This document shows, piece after piece, positions 20,481-29,937 of a stretch of DNA of 64,000 nucleotides. The position numbers and the translations under genes are program-made. The notes under the pieces were generated by a model. The model saw nothing but the letters and a program-made list of their open reading frames with translations. It was not told the origin of the DNA and searched no databases. Each line of letters opens with the position of its first letter. Within the stretch, counting starts at the first letter, position 1. Origin of the DNA: an uncultured Desulfarculus sp. (GTDB lineage: Bacteria > Desulfobacterota > Desulfarculia > Desulfarculales > Desulfarculaceae); assembly GCA_963665125.2 (NCBI GenBank), contig CAXXUK010000001.1, positions 3,264,001 through 3,328,000 on the forward strand, written 5' to 3'.

Positions 20481-22532
20481 ATGGATCTGTTTGGCAACCT
20501 CCAATTGGAACCTGTTTCCACGGAACCAGATGTCTGGGTAAGTCGCCTGGTCATATATGAACGGATCGCACCTAATCCCATCGTGATAAGAGATATTCCG
20601 CTGACTCGGGGTCTAAACATTATTTGGGCTGAAGAGTCTGAGGAAGATGCACCATTATCTGAGATTACCGGACATAGCGCTGGCAAAACGACATTCTGTC
20701 GTTTTATGAGACACGTTTTAGGCGAGAAAACCTTTGGGACCAAATCCGCAATGGAGTTCATTAGACGTTCGTTGCCTGACGGATATGTAGCTGCAGAACT
20801 GCACATCCAAGGACGAAGATTGGCTGTTAGGCGTCCCTTTGGTAGCGGCAGAATGTCCTATATAAAGGAAGGCGCCTCTGTCGAAGAGTTGCTTGAACAA
20901 CGTGGAAAGATGGTGGGACAAGAGAACTATAGTCGAGAGCTGGGCCTGGAAAGTCTTCTTGGTGAACTTGCCACTCTCGGCATTGTTCAGACCGGAGAAC
21001 AAATTCAGTGGGCCCACATATTAGCGTGGTGTACTCGAGATCAAGAATCACGCTTTCAAAACATACATGACTGGCGTTCTCCCCGTAGCCAAGCTGATAC
21101 TCCATCATTCCGCTTTCCCAAATCCGGCCCTCTCTTTGTAATGCGTTCAGCGCTGGGGCTTTTTTTTCCGGACGAGATAGCTGGTGAAAAGCGGCGCGCG
21201 ATACTTCTAAAGGAGCAAGAGCAGCTTAGTAAAGCTATTGAGGGGAAAAAAGATGAGCCGCGATTCATGGTTAACTTATATGATTCGCGGCTTCGCCAAT
21301 TGCTAAAGGCCTATTACCCTAACGAAACAGACATTGATAAGCGTCCTTTCCGGTCAGATGAAATGTTCCCTCAAAGCTTGGAAAGGTTGTCTGAAAGGGC
21401 AACCAGGGCAATTGATGAATCAATTAAAAGTGACAATGATAGATACCAACATCTTCAGGAACAAAGCGATGAACTTGGAGCAGACTTACAACGGATTAGG
21501 CTAGAGCTTGAAGAAATGGAGGCTTTATTTAGCCTTAATACTGATGCAGGTAGGGAAATTATCTCAGGGCTGGATAAACGTCTTAAGCAGCGTGAACAGT
21601 ACGAAGAAATTAAAGATAGAAAATGCCTTCTTGGAGACATTTTGATCCGCGATTGCAGTTACATTCAACAAAGACAAGATGTACTGCAAATGGATGAGCA
21701 ACGAGACGCTCGTGCGCTACAGCAGGCAAAAGATCATCGCAATAAAGAGCTTGAAAATATTCGGACAGAAAAGGATATAATTCTTAAGGAAATCGAAGAG
21801 CTTAAAGGGAAAAGGCAACTTGTTGTTGATGAACGGAATGCCTTGTGGGTAAAAATTAGCATACAACGTGATAAACTACGTGATCTCAATCAAACAAGTG
21901 AAGAGCTTGCTAGATGGCTGAATGTATACAATGGAGTTGAAGGGACTAAAGATCTTGATGCTCTTCGTAACCAGCTAAGCAATGTGACCAATGAACTCAC
22001 TAACGTCGAAAAGGATCTACAGGAACTGATTCGCCAAAATGGTGAAAACATTGATTGTTTAACTAATATTTTTACTGCTGCTGTTCGGAGTGTGTTGTTG
22101 TCCAATGGGTATGGAGGACAGGTAAGTCTGGTCAACCGAGAACTTGCCTTCAATATTACATGTGGCCCAGCTATGAGCGGCGAAGCAATTGAAACACTTG
22201 CTGTATTGCTCGCAGATCTGGCTTGTCTTATCTACAATACAACCTCCAATAAGTCTGTTCTGCCTGGTTTTCTCCTTCATGATAGCCCTCGCGAGGCAGA
22301 TCTCGGCATCCGGATTTATAGAAACTTTATTAGGTTTGCTGCTTCTTTGCAGGAGTGTTTTGGTGGGCAAGACAGCTGCCCGTTTCAATACTTAATAACA
22401 ACTACAACAGCCCCCCCTGCGGAATTGCGGAAGCCTGAACATGTAAAATTAACACTTGACGCTTCCTCTGAAGAAGGGCTGCTTTTAAAACGTAACACTG
22501 CTTTGAGCCGTGGAGGTTATAGCTTGCTATAA
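20481..22532 (+). CDS. SMC/Rad50-like ABC ATPase (ABC-three-component / LmuB-like)
   Basis: GLNIIW..GHSAGKTT Walker A, long coiled coil with a central Cys pair, Walker B FLLHDSPRE, terminal QYLITT. Lies 12 bp after the methylase, with a GGAG RBS. Confidence 0.75.
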   Translation: MDLFGNLQLEPVSTEPDVWVSRLVIYERIAPNPIVIRDIPLTRGLNIIWAEESEEDAPLSEITGHSAGKTTFCRFMRHVLGEKTFGTKSAMEFIRRSLPDGYVAAELHIQGRRLAVRRPFGSGRMSYIKEGASVEELLEQRGKMVGQENYSRELGLESLLGELATLGIVQTGEQIQWAHILAWCTRDQESRFQNIHDWRSPRSQADTPSFRFPKSGPLFVMRSALGLFFPDEIAGEKRRAILLKEQEQLSKAIEGKKDEPRFMVNLYDSRLRQLLKAYYPNETDIDKRPFRSDEMFPQSLERLSERATRAIDESIKSDNDRYQHLQEQSDELGADLQRIRLELEEMEALFSLNTDAGREIISGLDKRLKQREQYEEIKDRKCLLGDILIRDCSYIQQRQDVLQMDEQRDARALQQAKDHRNKELENIRTEKDIILKEIEELKGKRQLVVDERNALWVKISIQRDKLRDLNQTSEELARWLNVYNGVEGTKDLDALRNQLSNVTNELTNVEKDLQELIRQNGENIDCLTNIFTAAVRSVLLSNGYGGQVSLVNRELAFNITCGPAMSGEAIETLAVLLADLACLIYNTTSNKSVLPGFLLHDSPREADLGIRIYRNFIRFAASLQECFGGQDSCPFQYLITTTTAPPAELRKPEHVKLTLDASSEEGLLLKRNTALSRGGYSLL

Positions 22533-22920
22533 GCTCGAATGGCTGCCCAGAAGCACTAATAAATGAGCGGTGGACCGCAATCGTTAGACAGTTTGGCGGC
22601 TTGATTAAGGATGATTTGGCCGGTAAGTTTTTAAGCCGCCTTTTGGGCACCCTGGGAGTATGTCTCACCCAGGGTGCGATATTCCAGAAAGGCATGGCCC
22701 CGCCCTGTGATATAGAGGTCCATCTAAGTTATGAGTCATATGCTCTGCTTCTTAATCGCCCTTGGTTTTCCCAAGGGCATAATGGAGCACTTGCCCCATT
22801 TATATCTCATTCAGCAATATCCCGTTGACCTCCTCATCGTTTATGCCCAAGTAGCGCATGGTGGTCCTCGGCGAGCTGTGGTTGTAACGCTTGGCCAGGA
22901 CTTCCCAGGCCACACCATAC

Positions 22921-24207
22921 GAGACCGTTGCACGGCGTCAGCTCCGAGAGTGCACTTTAATTGGTTGCAATAATTGGTTAAAATGTCCTTAACCATCGTG
23001 AATGGAGGGCATCTTTGGCCAATCGGTTCGAGACAAGGCGGGGCGGTTTCGCGGACATGGCCGTGGCCAGCCGCAAACAGCCCAAAACCTTTCTGGATGA
23101 TGTAAACCGCATCGTCGATTGGAAGCCCATCGAGGGCTTTCTGAAGAAAAAGCTTCGGCGCCACAAGGACGCGGTGGGCAATCCGGCTTATCCGCCTCTG
23201 GGCATGTTCAAGATTTTGCTGCTGCAACGCTGGCATGACCTGAGCGACCACAAGGCAGCCGAAGCCATGGCCGACCGGATTTCCTTTTGCCGTTTCGCCG
23301 GTTTTTCGTTGGATCACGAGTCGCCCGACGCCTCCACCATCTGCCGCTTTCGAAACCACCTGCAAGAGCGCGGCCTGCTGGACAAGCTGTTTAATATGAT
23401 AAATAAGCAGCTTGAAGCGCAGGGTATTTTGGTGCGCACCGGCTCCAGCGTGGATGCCACCTTGATTCCATCCGCCCGCCAGCCCCGCAAAAAGCAGGAA
23501 GTGATCTTCGATGAACTCGACGACCAAAACGACGATGATGACGACGACCGCCCCACCGGCTACAGCGTGGAAACCACCTATTCCGATGACACGGACGCCA
23601 AATGGACCAAGAAAGGCAAGAAGTACTGCTATGGCTACAAGGGACACATTGCCGTCGATGGGGAGCACGGGTTTATTCTGGCTGGCCACGCCACACCGGC
23701 CAACCGCCCGGATTGCAAGGAATTCATGGCCGTGGTCGACAACGCCAAGCTGAAGAAGGATGCTCCGGTCCTGGCCGACAAAGGCTACAGCAGCGCGGAT
23801 AATCGAAGCCACCTGGAAGAGGCCGGTTACTTTGACTTGATCATGTACAAGGCGGCTCGCGGTCGACCGCTGAGTGATGCAGAACTCAGAGTGAACAAGG
23901 CCATCTCACGGGTGCGCTGCTCGGTGGAGAGGGCATTCGGCAGCATGAAGAAGCACTACGGCCTGGCGCGGGCCAGATATTTGGGCCTGGCCAAGATGAA
24001 CATGCAACTGATGCTATCGGCCATGGCCTTCAACCTGAAAAAGGCCGCGATACTGGCCGGCAGGTGATCAAAGACACCGGGGGGCAGGATGGGCAGCCAG
24101 GTAAAAGCTAGAAAAAACCCAACGAAGCCCGGCCCAACTGCCTACTACACCGAAAAAATCATCTGAAAAGGAAAGTATGTCAGGACTCGGCTTTACGCAA
24201 TGGTCTC
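22921..24207 (+). mobile_element. IS5-family insertion sequence
   Basis: Terminal IRs GAGACC(G/A)TTGC and 5-bp target duplication CATAC (22916-22920, 24208-24212). Confidence 0.92.
23015..24067 (+). CDS. IS5-family transposase
   Basis: PDASTICRFR, VDAT, GYKGH, LADKGY and RCSVERAFG motifs. Confidence 0.95.
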   Translation: MANRFETRRGGFADMAVASRKQPKTFLDDVNRIVDWKPIEGFLKKKLRRHKDAVGNPAYPPLGMFKILLLQRWHDLSDHKAAEAMADRISFCRFAGFSLDHESPDASTICRFRNHLQERGLLDKLFNMINKQLEAQGILVRTGSSVDATLIPSARQPRKKQEVIFDELDDQNDDDDDDRPTGYSVETTYSDDTDAKWTKKGKKYCYGYKGHIAVDGEHGFILAGHATPANRPDCKEFMAVVDNAKLKKDAPVLADKGYSSADNRSHLEEAGYFDLIMYKAARGRPLSDAELRVNKAISRVRCSVERAFGSMKKHYGLARARYLGLAKMNMQLMLSAMAFNLKKAAILAGR

Positions 24208-24829
24208 CATACTTGGTTCGTTGCATGTAGCCGAAGGTCTTGCGCAGGGTGTGGCTGCCGTAGTTGCCAGGCAGGTTGATTGCGGCGCACCAGTCCTTGA
24301 CCATGTGGTTCACCGTGGACACTGTCAGCGCTTTGTTGACACCCTTGCGGGAGCAAAAGAGATACTCGCCGTGGTCGGGTTGCTCTTGCTCCAGGTAGCG
24401 GCGCATGGCTTTGTGGCTGGCCTTATTCATCATGAGAAAATTGCGCTTGCCGGTCTTGCCCTCTACCATAGGCACGGTCTCGCCCACTTTCAGGCATGCC
24501 ACGTCCTCAACTGTTAGCTGAAGCAGATCGGAGGCACGCAGGCCGTTGTTGATGCCCAGAGTAAAAAGCAGCAGATCACGGGGCCGATTGTGTAGCAGGC
24601 GCTTGATGGCATTTATGGCTTTGTCGTCCCTAATGGGCTCCACGGCGATCCTGCTGCCTTTGGGCGGATGATTGGGGTTACGAAACGTCATTTCTGCTCT
24701 TCCGGGCCAATCCCAAGTTTGTATTAAAAGGACGGCCGTTACTTGACGTTCAAAATGGAGACCCATGCTCCATTACTAACGAAAAGCGGTATAACTTGCT
24801 TGTTTTGCAGTGGAATAATAGATATTGCG

Positions 24830-24859
24830 AATATCAACTTTTACCCAAAAGTTGATATT
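24830..24859. other. Perfect 13-bp inverted repeat upstream of the resolvase; putative crossover (res) site
   Basis: AATATCAACTTTT-ACCC-AAAAGTTGATATT, also readable as 11-8-11, which is tyrosine-recombinase core-site geometry. Confidence 0.55.
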
Positions 24860-24936
24860 GGGGCTCGGTTGGGTTTGTGGACGGATCAGGCCCGCCAGTC
24901 GTCACCATGGCTTGGCTGCTTATTTGGCCACATCTT

Positions 24937-25440
24937 TCATGTATCACCGCAGACACCTCCGCCATCCTGCCCAAAACGCTTTTCAAGGCGTTCGGCAGCC
25001 TGGACGATGGCTGTGGCCACTTCCGGGGCGACGGGCATGGCTTCTAGGGCATAGCGGCTACACTCCACCTCACGAGCCCAATCCCAGTGGAGGCGATGTT
25101 CGGTAGCGCAGGACCAGCCAAAGGCTTCAACTGCCTGTTTGACCATCTGCCAGGCGTCAGGGATGCATACACCCTCAATACGTGCAAAGATGGACATGTA
25201 GGCTTGATCGGCATCGTCAGGCTGCCAAAAGCGTACTCCGACAAAGAAACGGCCCTGTACGGCCCTCATGGTGCACGGCCACATCACCTGCAACACTAGG
25301 CTGCCGAAATCGGCGGGAAGCAAAGCGCCGTGCGCATCGGCGTCAAGCACGGCCAGATCAAGTTTGTCGAAATACCGCGAGGCAGCTTCCTTGGCATCGC
25401 TGAACGTGGCAAAAAAAGTATTGATGGTTTCCAGGTCCAT
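24937..25440 (-). CDS. Hypothetical protein, distant paralogue of the adjacent ORF
   Basis: 167 aa with a GGAG RBS. Its residue pattern is colinear with 25501-26034. Confidence 0.65.
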   Translation of the reverse strand: MDLETINTFFATFSDAKEAASRYFDKLDLAVLDADAHGALLPADFGSLVLQVMWPCTMRAVQGRFFVGVRFWQPDDADQAYMSIFARIEGVCIPDAWQMVKQAVEAFGWSCATEHRLHWDWAREVECSRYALEAMPVAPEVATAIVQAAERLEKRFGQDGGGVCGDT

Positions 25441-25500
25441 GACCCTGCTCCTGATGAAAGGAAGGCAGGGCTGGAGCCGAAGCCCCAGCCCATACGTGTT

Positions 25501-26034
25501 TTAGGCCTCCAAAACCTGATCGATGACTTCGATGTACTGCTGGCATGCAGCCAGTACGGATTTAGCGGCCAACTCGGGCGAGAAATCATCCTCGATTTTC
25601 AGCTTGGCAACTTCGAGCTGGCTTTCGTGCCAACCCGGCTCATCGATCATCAAACGCCAGCCGCATTTATCGGCAAGCACCTTCACCCTCCACCATGTGT
25701 TAGTGCGTAGCGGCGTATTGACTTCCACAAAGACCAGCAGATGAGCGTCGTCTTTATAGGACCAGTCAAACTCGGCACACACGCAGTATTCTTCTTCACC
25801 ATCCAGGTCCAGCTCTTCTTCGTCGCTGAAATCGATCTGAGCCTCCTGGTGGTCTTCTGCGGCGACCTGCCATTCCATGCGCAGCTGATCCTCATAGAAG
25901 TATCCGGGCAGCACCCGCCCGGTCGGTTCCGTCTTCATGAGATTGCGGTTGAGTTCGGTCATGAATTCCCTGGCCTGTTCGACAGCGTCGATTCTCACCT
26001 CGACAACTTGTTTGACAGCGGCAAGAGTTCCCAT
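25501..26034 (-). CDS. Acidic hypothetical protein
   Basis: ATG at 26034 is preceded by AAGGAGG; GC-rich coding pattern. Confidence 0.7.
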   Translation of the reverse strand: MGTLAAVKQVVEVRIDAVEQAREFMTELNRNLMKTEPTGRVLPGYFYEDQLRMEWQVAAEDHQEAQIDFSDEEELDLDGEEEYCVCAEFDWSYKDDAHLLVFVEVNTPLRTNTWWRVKVLADKCGWRLMIDEPGWHESQLEVAKLKIEDDFSPELAAKSVLAACQQYIEVIDQVLEA

Positions 26035-26507
26035 GTTAACCTCCTTGCGTAATACGTTGATAGTTGCAGGACACACCTGTCCCGTCCGCACAAAATGGCC
26101 ATAATGTACGTTTCCTTAAAAGCACAAAAGCAAGCCGGGGTGCGGCTCGCTTCTGGTGCTATCAAAGCTTATTCTTGCTGATTTTTATCTTGGATAATGA
26201 GGCGATATTTCTGCCTCAAATTATGTATATATTATACTAAAATATGGCCTGTTTGTCAAGATGCAACATGTTTTGATATTCTGCATAGTTAGGCCGGATA
26301 GCAGTTTGTAAAACATGTTTCACGACCGCTTTGGGCATTTTATGATAGCGTCCTTTATCGTTTTTTTAGACATTTTTGCGATTTTAAACCAAACGCATAT
26401 GTTGTCCTACAGTTAACTATTGCTTGTTATTAAATCATTATATTGTAAGGACGATTGCCCGCAGGTTGCCAACTGGCCAACTGTACTTTCGATTGTTTAA
26501 TGTGGAG

Positions 26508-27224
26508 TTAGTTAATTATAACGATTTCAATTTCATCGCAATCTGGTAGTCCTATATCTATGCTGATAATATACTTTTTCCCGCAAATCTGGTATGTGAA
26601 TGCCGACACTTTTGCCAATTCTCTAGTATAATCTGAATATTGAGCTTGTTTAATATTTTTTGGAAATGTCGAATAGCTGTCAATCCTGCCTTGTATTTCA
26701 TTTGTCAAGTCGTTATAGCAACGTTTTCCACTGTTACCATTGATTGCGCCTTTAAGCCAACTTATACTTTCTAATTGATTAAGATACCATGATAGGTTTT
26801 CCTGTGCATAGTCAACTTTTTGCTGCCAGAGGAATGAGGCTTGGGCGTCCGAATTCGTTCGCGATGCTTCATCCTTGATATGATTGTATTTGACCTTTAA
26901 CCGATTTGGATAGTTGTAAAACTTGAAATCAAGTTTTAAGTTTTTGAAACCGTTGTATGCGGAGGCGTCAAGTCGAAAATTTGCCGAAGGAAGCGTATAT
27001 AGCTTTTCCCCTTCATATTCCACTACTTCTCCCTTTCTTGTTACCATTTCCTTTTCGACAAAACCATTTTGCTTTAAAAAGCTGTCGTAGTTGAATGGCT
27101 TTTTATTATATGCGCTTGATATGCCACCTATTATAGTTAGTACGACAAGCCATAAGTACCACCTCTTCCAAAGAGGTTTTTTACTTTTTTTGATTGCATC
27201 ACTTTTATTGTTCTTCATATTCAA
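26508..27224 (-). CDS. Single-pass membrane-anchored hypothetical protein
   Basis: KKPLWKRWYLW followed by one hydrophobic helix and a soluble domain. Confidence 0.7.
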   Translation of the reverse strand: MNMKNNKSDAIKKSKKPLWKRWYLWLVVLTIIGGISSAYNKKPFNYDSFLKQNGFVEKEMVTRKGEVVEYEGEKLYTLPSANFRLDASAYNGFKNLKLDFKFYNYPNRLKVKYNHIKDEASRTNSDAQASFLWQQKVDYAQENLSWYLNQLESISWLKGAINGNSGKRCYNDLTNEIQGRIDSYSTFPKNIKQAQYSDYTRELAKVSAFTYQICGKKYIISIDIGLPDCDEIEIVIIN

Positions 27225-27276
27225 CCTCGCACTTTACAAGCGGCATACTGCTCGGATTAGTTTATTGCCTCAGGTA

Positions 27277-27687
27277 TTAGAAGGTGAATGACTCTATGGC
27301 TTGTTGACTGTATTCATCATCAGGATTTGGGTTTTTCTTAAGAACAACGCATTGGGCGGTTACCTTGCTCCATGCACCAAAGCCGTTTTGAAGCTTGCCA
27401 GGCATATACACAATCCAACGGTCTTTCAATTCTGTCACCCTTTTGCCCGTAGAGAAGACGTCCCAGTCATACCGTGCCATAGCCTTAAACCGGTTCTTGC
27501 AGATCACCCAGGCTTCATCCTCAGTAATGTCCTCGGCGCTACCGCCGAAAAAGAATCCCAAAACTACTAATATGATGACGACAGCTAGGCAGCCAATGGC
27601 TGTTGATGAAGTCTCCTTTTTCTTCTCCTCTTCGCCCTGAGCTTCGTTTTCTTGGTCTGGTGCGCTTGTTTTTTCCTCAGTCGCCAT
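27277..27687 (-). CDS. Single-pass membrane-anchored hypothetical protein
   Basis: GGAGG RBS, TM segment IGCLAVVIILVVLGFFF, and a C-terminal domain with NGFGA and a Cys pair. Confidence 0.75.
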   Translation of the reverse strand: MATEEKTSAPDQENEAQGEEEKKKETSSTAIGCLAVVIILVVLGFFFGGSAEDITEDEAWVICKNRFKAMARYDWDVFSTGKRVTELKDRWIVYMPGKLQNGFGAWSKVTAQCVVLKKNPNPDDEYSQQAIESFTF

Positions 27688-28107
27688 ATTTCTTCCCTCC
27701 CTGGTGTCAGATGCGACTCAACTCAAAATGTGCCCATGATAGACAGCAAGGATGCCAATCACGCCCGTGATGTTCTAATAGACGCTTTGAATAGGCAATA
27801 TATTACCTGAAATAGTGTCGTATTCTCCACTTTCAACCAGGTGCCGCCATCTACCAAAGTTTGTTAAGGAAATAGCCGCACTATGGTGAACGCTTCTGTC
27901 CTGATGGATTGTTTTGGATTAGCTAACTTGTCGATTTGACATGATCGAACCCGCCACCAACTTTGCGCCTCCCCCTGGCAATCGGTTATGCATGTAACAA
28001 ACACCAAGCATTATAGGAATTATGTAGAACATATTGCAAGTTAAATGTTCTATTTACCTGGTTCTAAAGGCAGTTGAGTACCCTTATGCTCCCGAAAGGG
28101 AGTAAAC

Positions 28108-28431
28108 ATGGACGATCTAAAGCATGCATTGGGCCAGAGGATTCTAGAGCTTAGAAGGACGGCTGGGTTGACTCAGGAGCAACTCGCTGAGGTGACTGGC
28201 CTTTCCTTGAAGCATCTTGGAGAGCTTGAGCGGGGCCGCTCCAATCCCACCTTGGCCAGCCTGTATAGCATAGCTACGAGCCTGGGGCTCTCTCTGTCAG
28301 AGCTATTTGATTTCAAGCAGGCCCAGCTCACCCCAGCCAAGAAGAAAAAAGCTCTTCTCGCCATAATCGAAAAAGCCAGCGATGAGGACCGTGAGATGAT
28401 CCATAAGATCATCGTCGCAATCAGGGGGTAG
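28108..28431 (+). CDS. XRE-family HTH transcriptional regulator (controller-protein-like)
   Basis: LRRTAGLTQEQLAE..LERGRSNPTL. Confidence 0.92.
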   Translation: MDDLKHALGQRILELRRTAGLTQEQLAEVTGLSLKHLGELERGRSNPTLASLYSIATSLGLSLSELFDFKQAQLTPAKKKKALLAIIEKASDEDREMIHKIIVAIRG

Positions 28432-28497
28432 ACGACTAGGATATGCGGGGTCAGGATATACTGAAGGCAGCATGGCCAAATTAAATCTAGAAACTGC

Positions 28498-29747
28498 TGA
28501 AGTTCCCCTGAAATTGTGGACACCTCGAAAAGCATGATATGAATTGCTTGGAGGTGTTGAATGGGCAACAGACGCAGGAGTTATAGCCGGGAGTTCAAGA
28601 TCGAAGCCGTGGCCTTGGTCACCGAGGGAGGTTTGAGCATTTCCCAGGCGGCCAGGGACCTTGGCATCAGCCAGACCGTGCTGGGCCGCTGGAAGAAGCA
28701 GCTCGAAGCAGACCCTGAGCAGGCCTTCCCAGGCAAGGGCAATTTAAAGCCGCAAGATGAGGAGCTAGCCCATCTGAGACGCGAACTGGCCATTGTACGC
28801 CAGGAGCGTGACATATTAAAAAAAGCCATCGGCATCTTCTCGCGGATGCCAAAATGAAGTTTCAGTTCATCAGGGATCAGAGTGAAGGATTCCAGATCAG
28901 GCGTATGTGCCGGATTTTGGAGGTGTCAGCCAGCGGGTACTACGCTTGGCTGAACCGGCCGGAAAGCAGCCGGGCGCGAGAGAACCGGAGGCTCGTTGTC
29001 GAGATCAAGGCCATTCATAAAGAAAATCGTGGCGTGTACGGAAGCCCCCGGATACAGGCGGAACTCAAGGATCGTGAAATCCATGTGAGCGAGAACCGGG
29101 TGGCTCGATTAATGCGCGATAACGGCATCGCTGCCAAGCAGAAGAAAAAGTACAAGGCCACCACGGATTCCAATCACGGCCACCTGGCGGCCCCCAATAT
29201 CCTGGGGCGGGACTTTGAAGCGGACGGCCCTGATCAAAAATGGCTGGCTGATATAACCTACATTCCTACTCGTGAAGGCTGGCTGTACCTGGCGGCCGTC
29301 CTGGATCTTTATTCCAAGCTGATCGTGGGCTGGTCCATGTCAAGCCGCATGACCAAAAAGCTGGTGCTCGATGCGCTGAACATGGCGGTGGACCGGCGGA
29401 AACCTGGGCCTGGGCTGATCCATCATTCAGATCAAGGACGTCAATATGCCAGCAAGGCCTACCGCAAAAAGCTGAAGTCGCACCGCATGATATGCAGCAT
29501 GAGCCGCAAGGGCGACTGCTGGGATAACGCGCCCATGGAAAGCTGGTTTCATTCCCTGAAAACCGAACTGGTGGCGCATAAAGATTATCTGAGCAGGACG
29601 CAGGCCAAGGCTGACATCTTTGAGTACATCGAAGTCTTCTACAACCGCAGCCGCAAACACTCAGCTCTGGGGTACATGAACCCGGCTCAATATGAGATGA
29701 TCAATATGGCTGCTTAACTACGTGTCCACAAAAATTGGGGAAGATCA
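28498..29747 (+). mobile_element. IS3-family element, copy 1 (1250 bp)
   Basis: TGA...TCA ends with imperfect IRs containing GTGGACAC / GTGTCCAC; CTGC target duplication. Confidence 0.95.
28561..29717 (+). CDS. IS3 transposase OrfA (28561-28857) / OrfB (28854-29717)
   Basis: OrfA HTH (YSREFK); OrfB ADITY, HSDQG and DNAPMES. An A-run+G slippery motif lies near 28818-28825. Confidence 0.95.
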
Positions 29748-29937
29748 CTGCCGAACATGATCTCGCCAATTTAGTGCCAAAGGGATATTACGAGATAATC
29801 AGGGTTGCGTGCGTAGCATTAGTTATAGTTTGGTATGAATGAGGTTAAGACGTAGGTTGAGAGAAAGATCGTTATGTCCTGCCTGTAATGGGTTCTGACC
29901 TGTGGGGTACTTCAGCGTACCTTATAATGTTATACCA

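Larger units (their letters stand above)
22800..24691 (-). pseudogene. Small tyrosine recombinase/resolvase split by an IS5-family element
   Basis: The 5' part (24691-24208) has GLRASDL, K and HTLRKTF. The 3' part (22920-22800) continues YGVAWEVLAKRYNHSSPRTTMRYLG...*. Removing the IS and one target duplication restores the frame. Confidence 0.92.

Noticed and set aside
22841..23812. 323-aa minus-strand ORF
   Set aside because: Antisense to the IS5 transposase.
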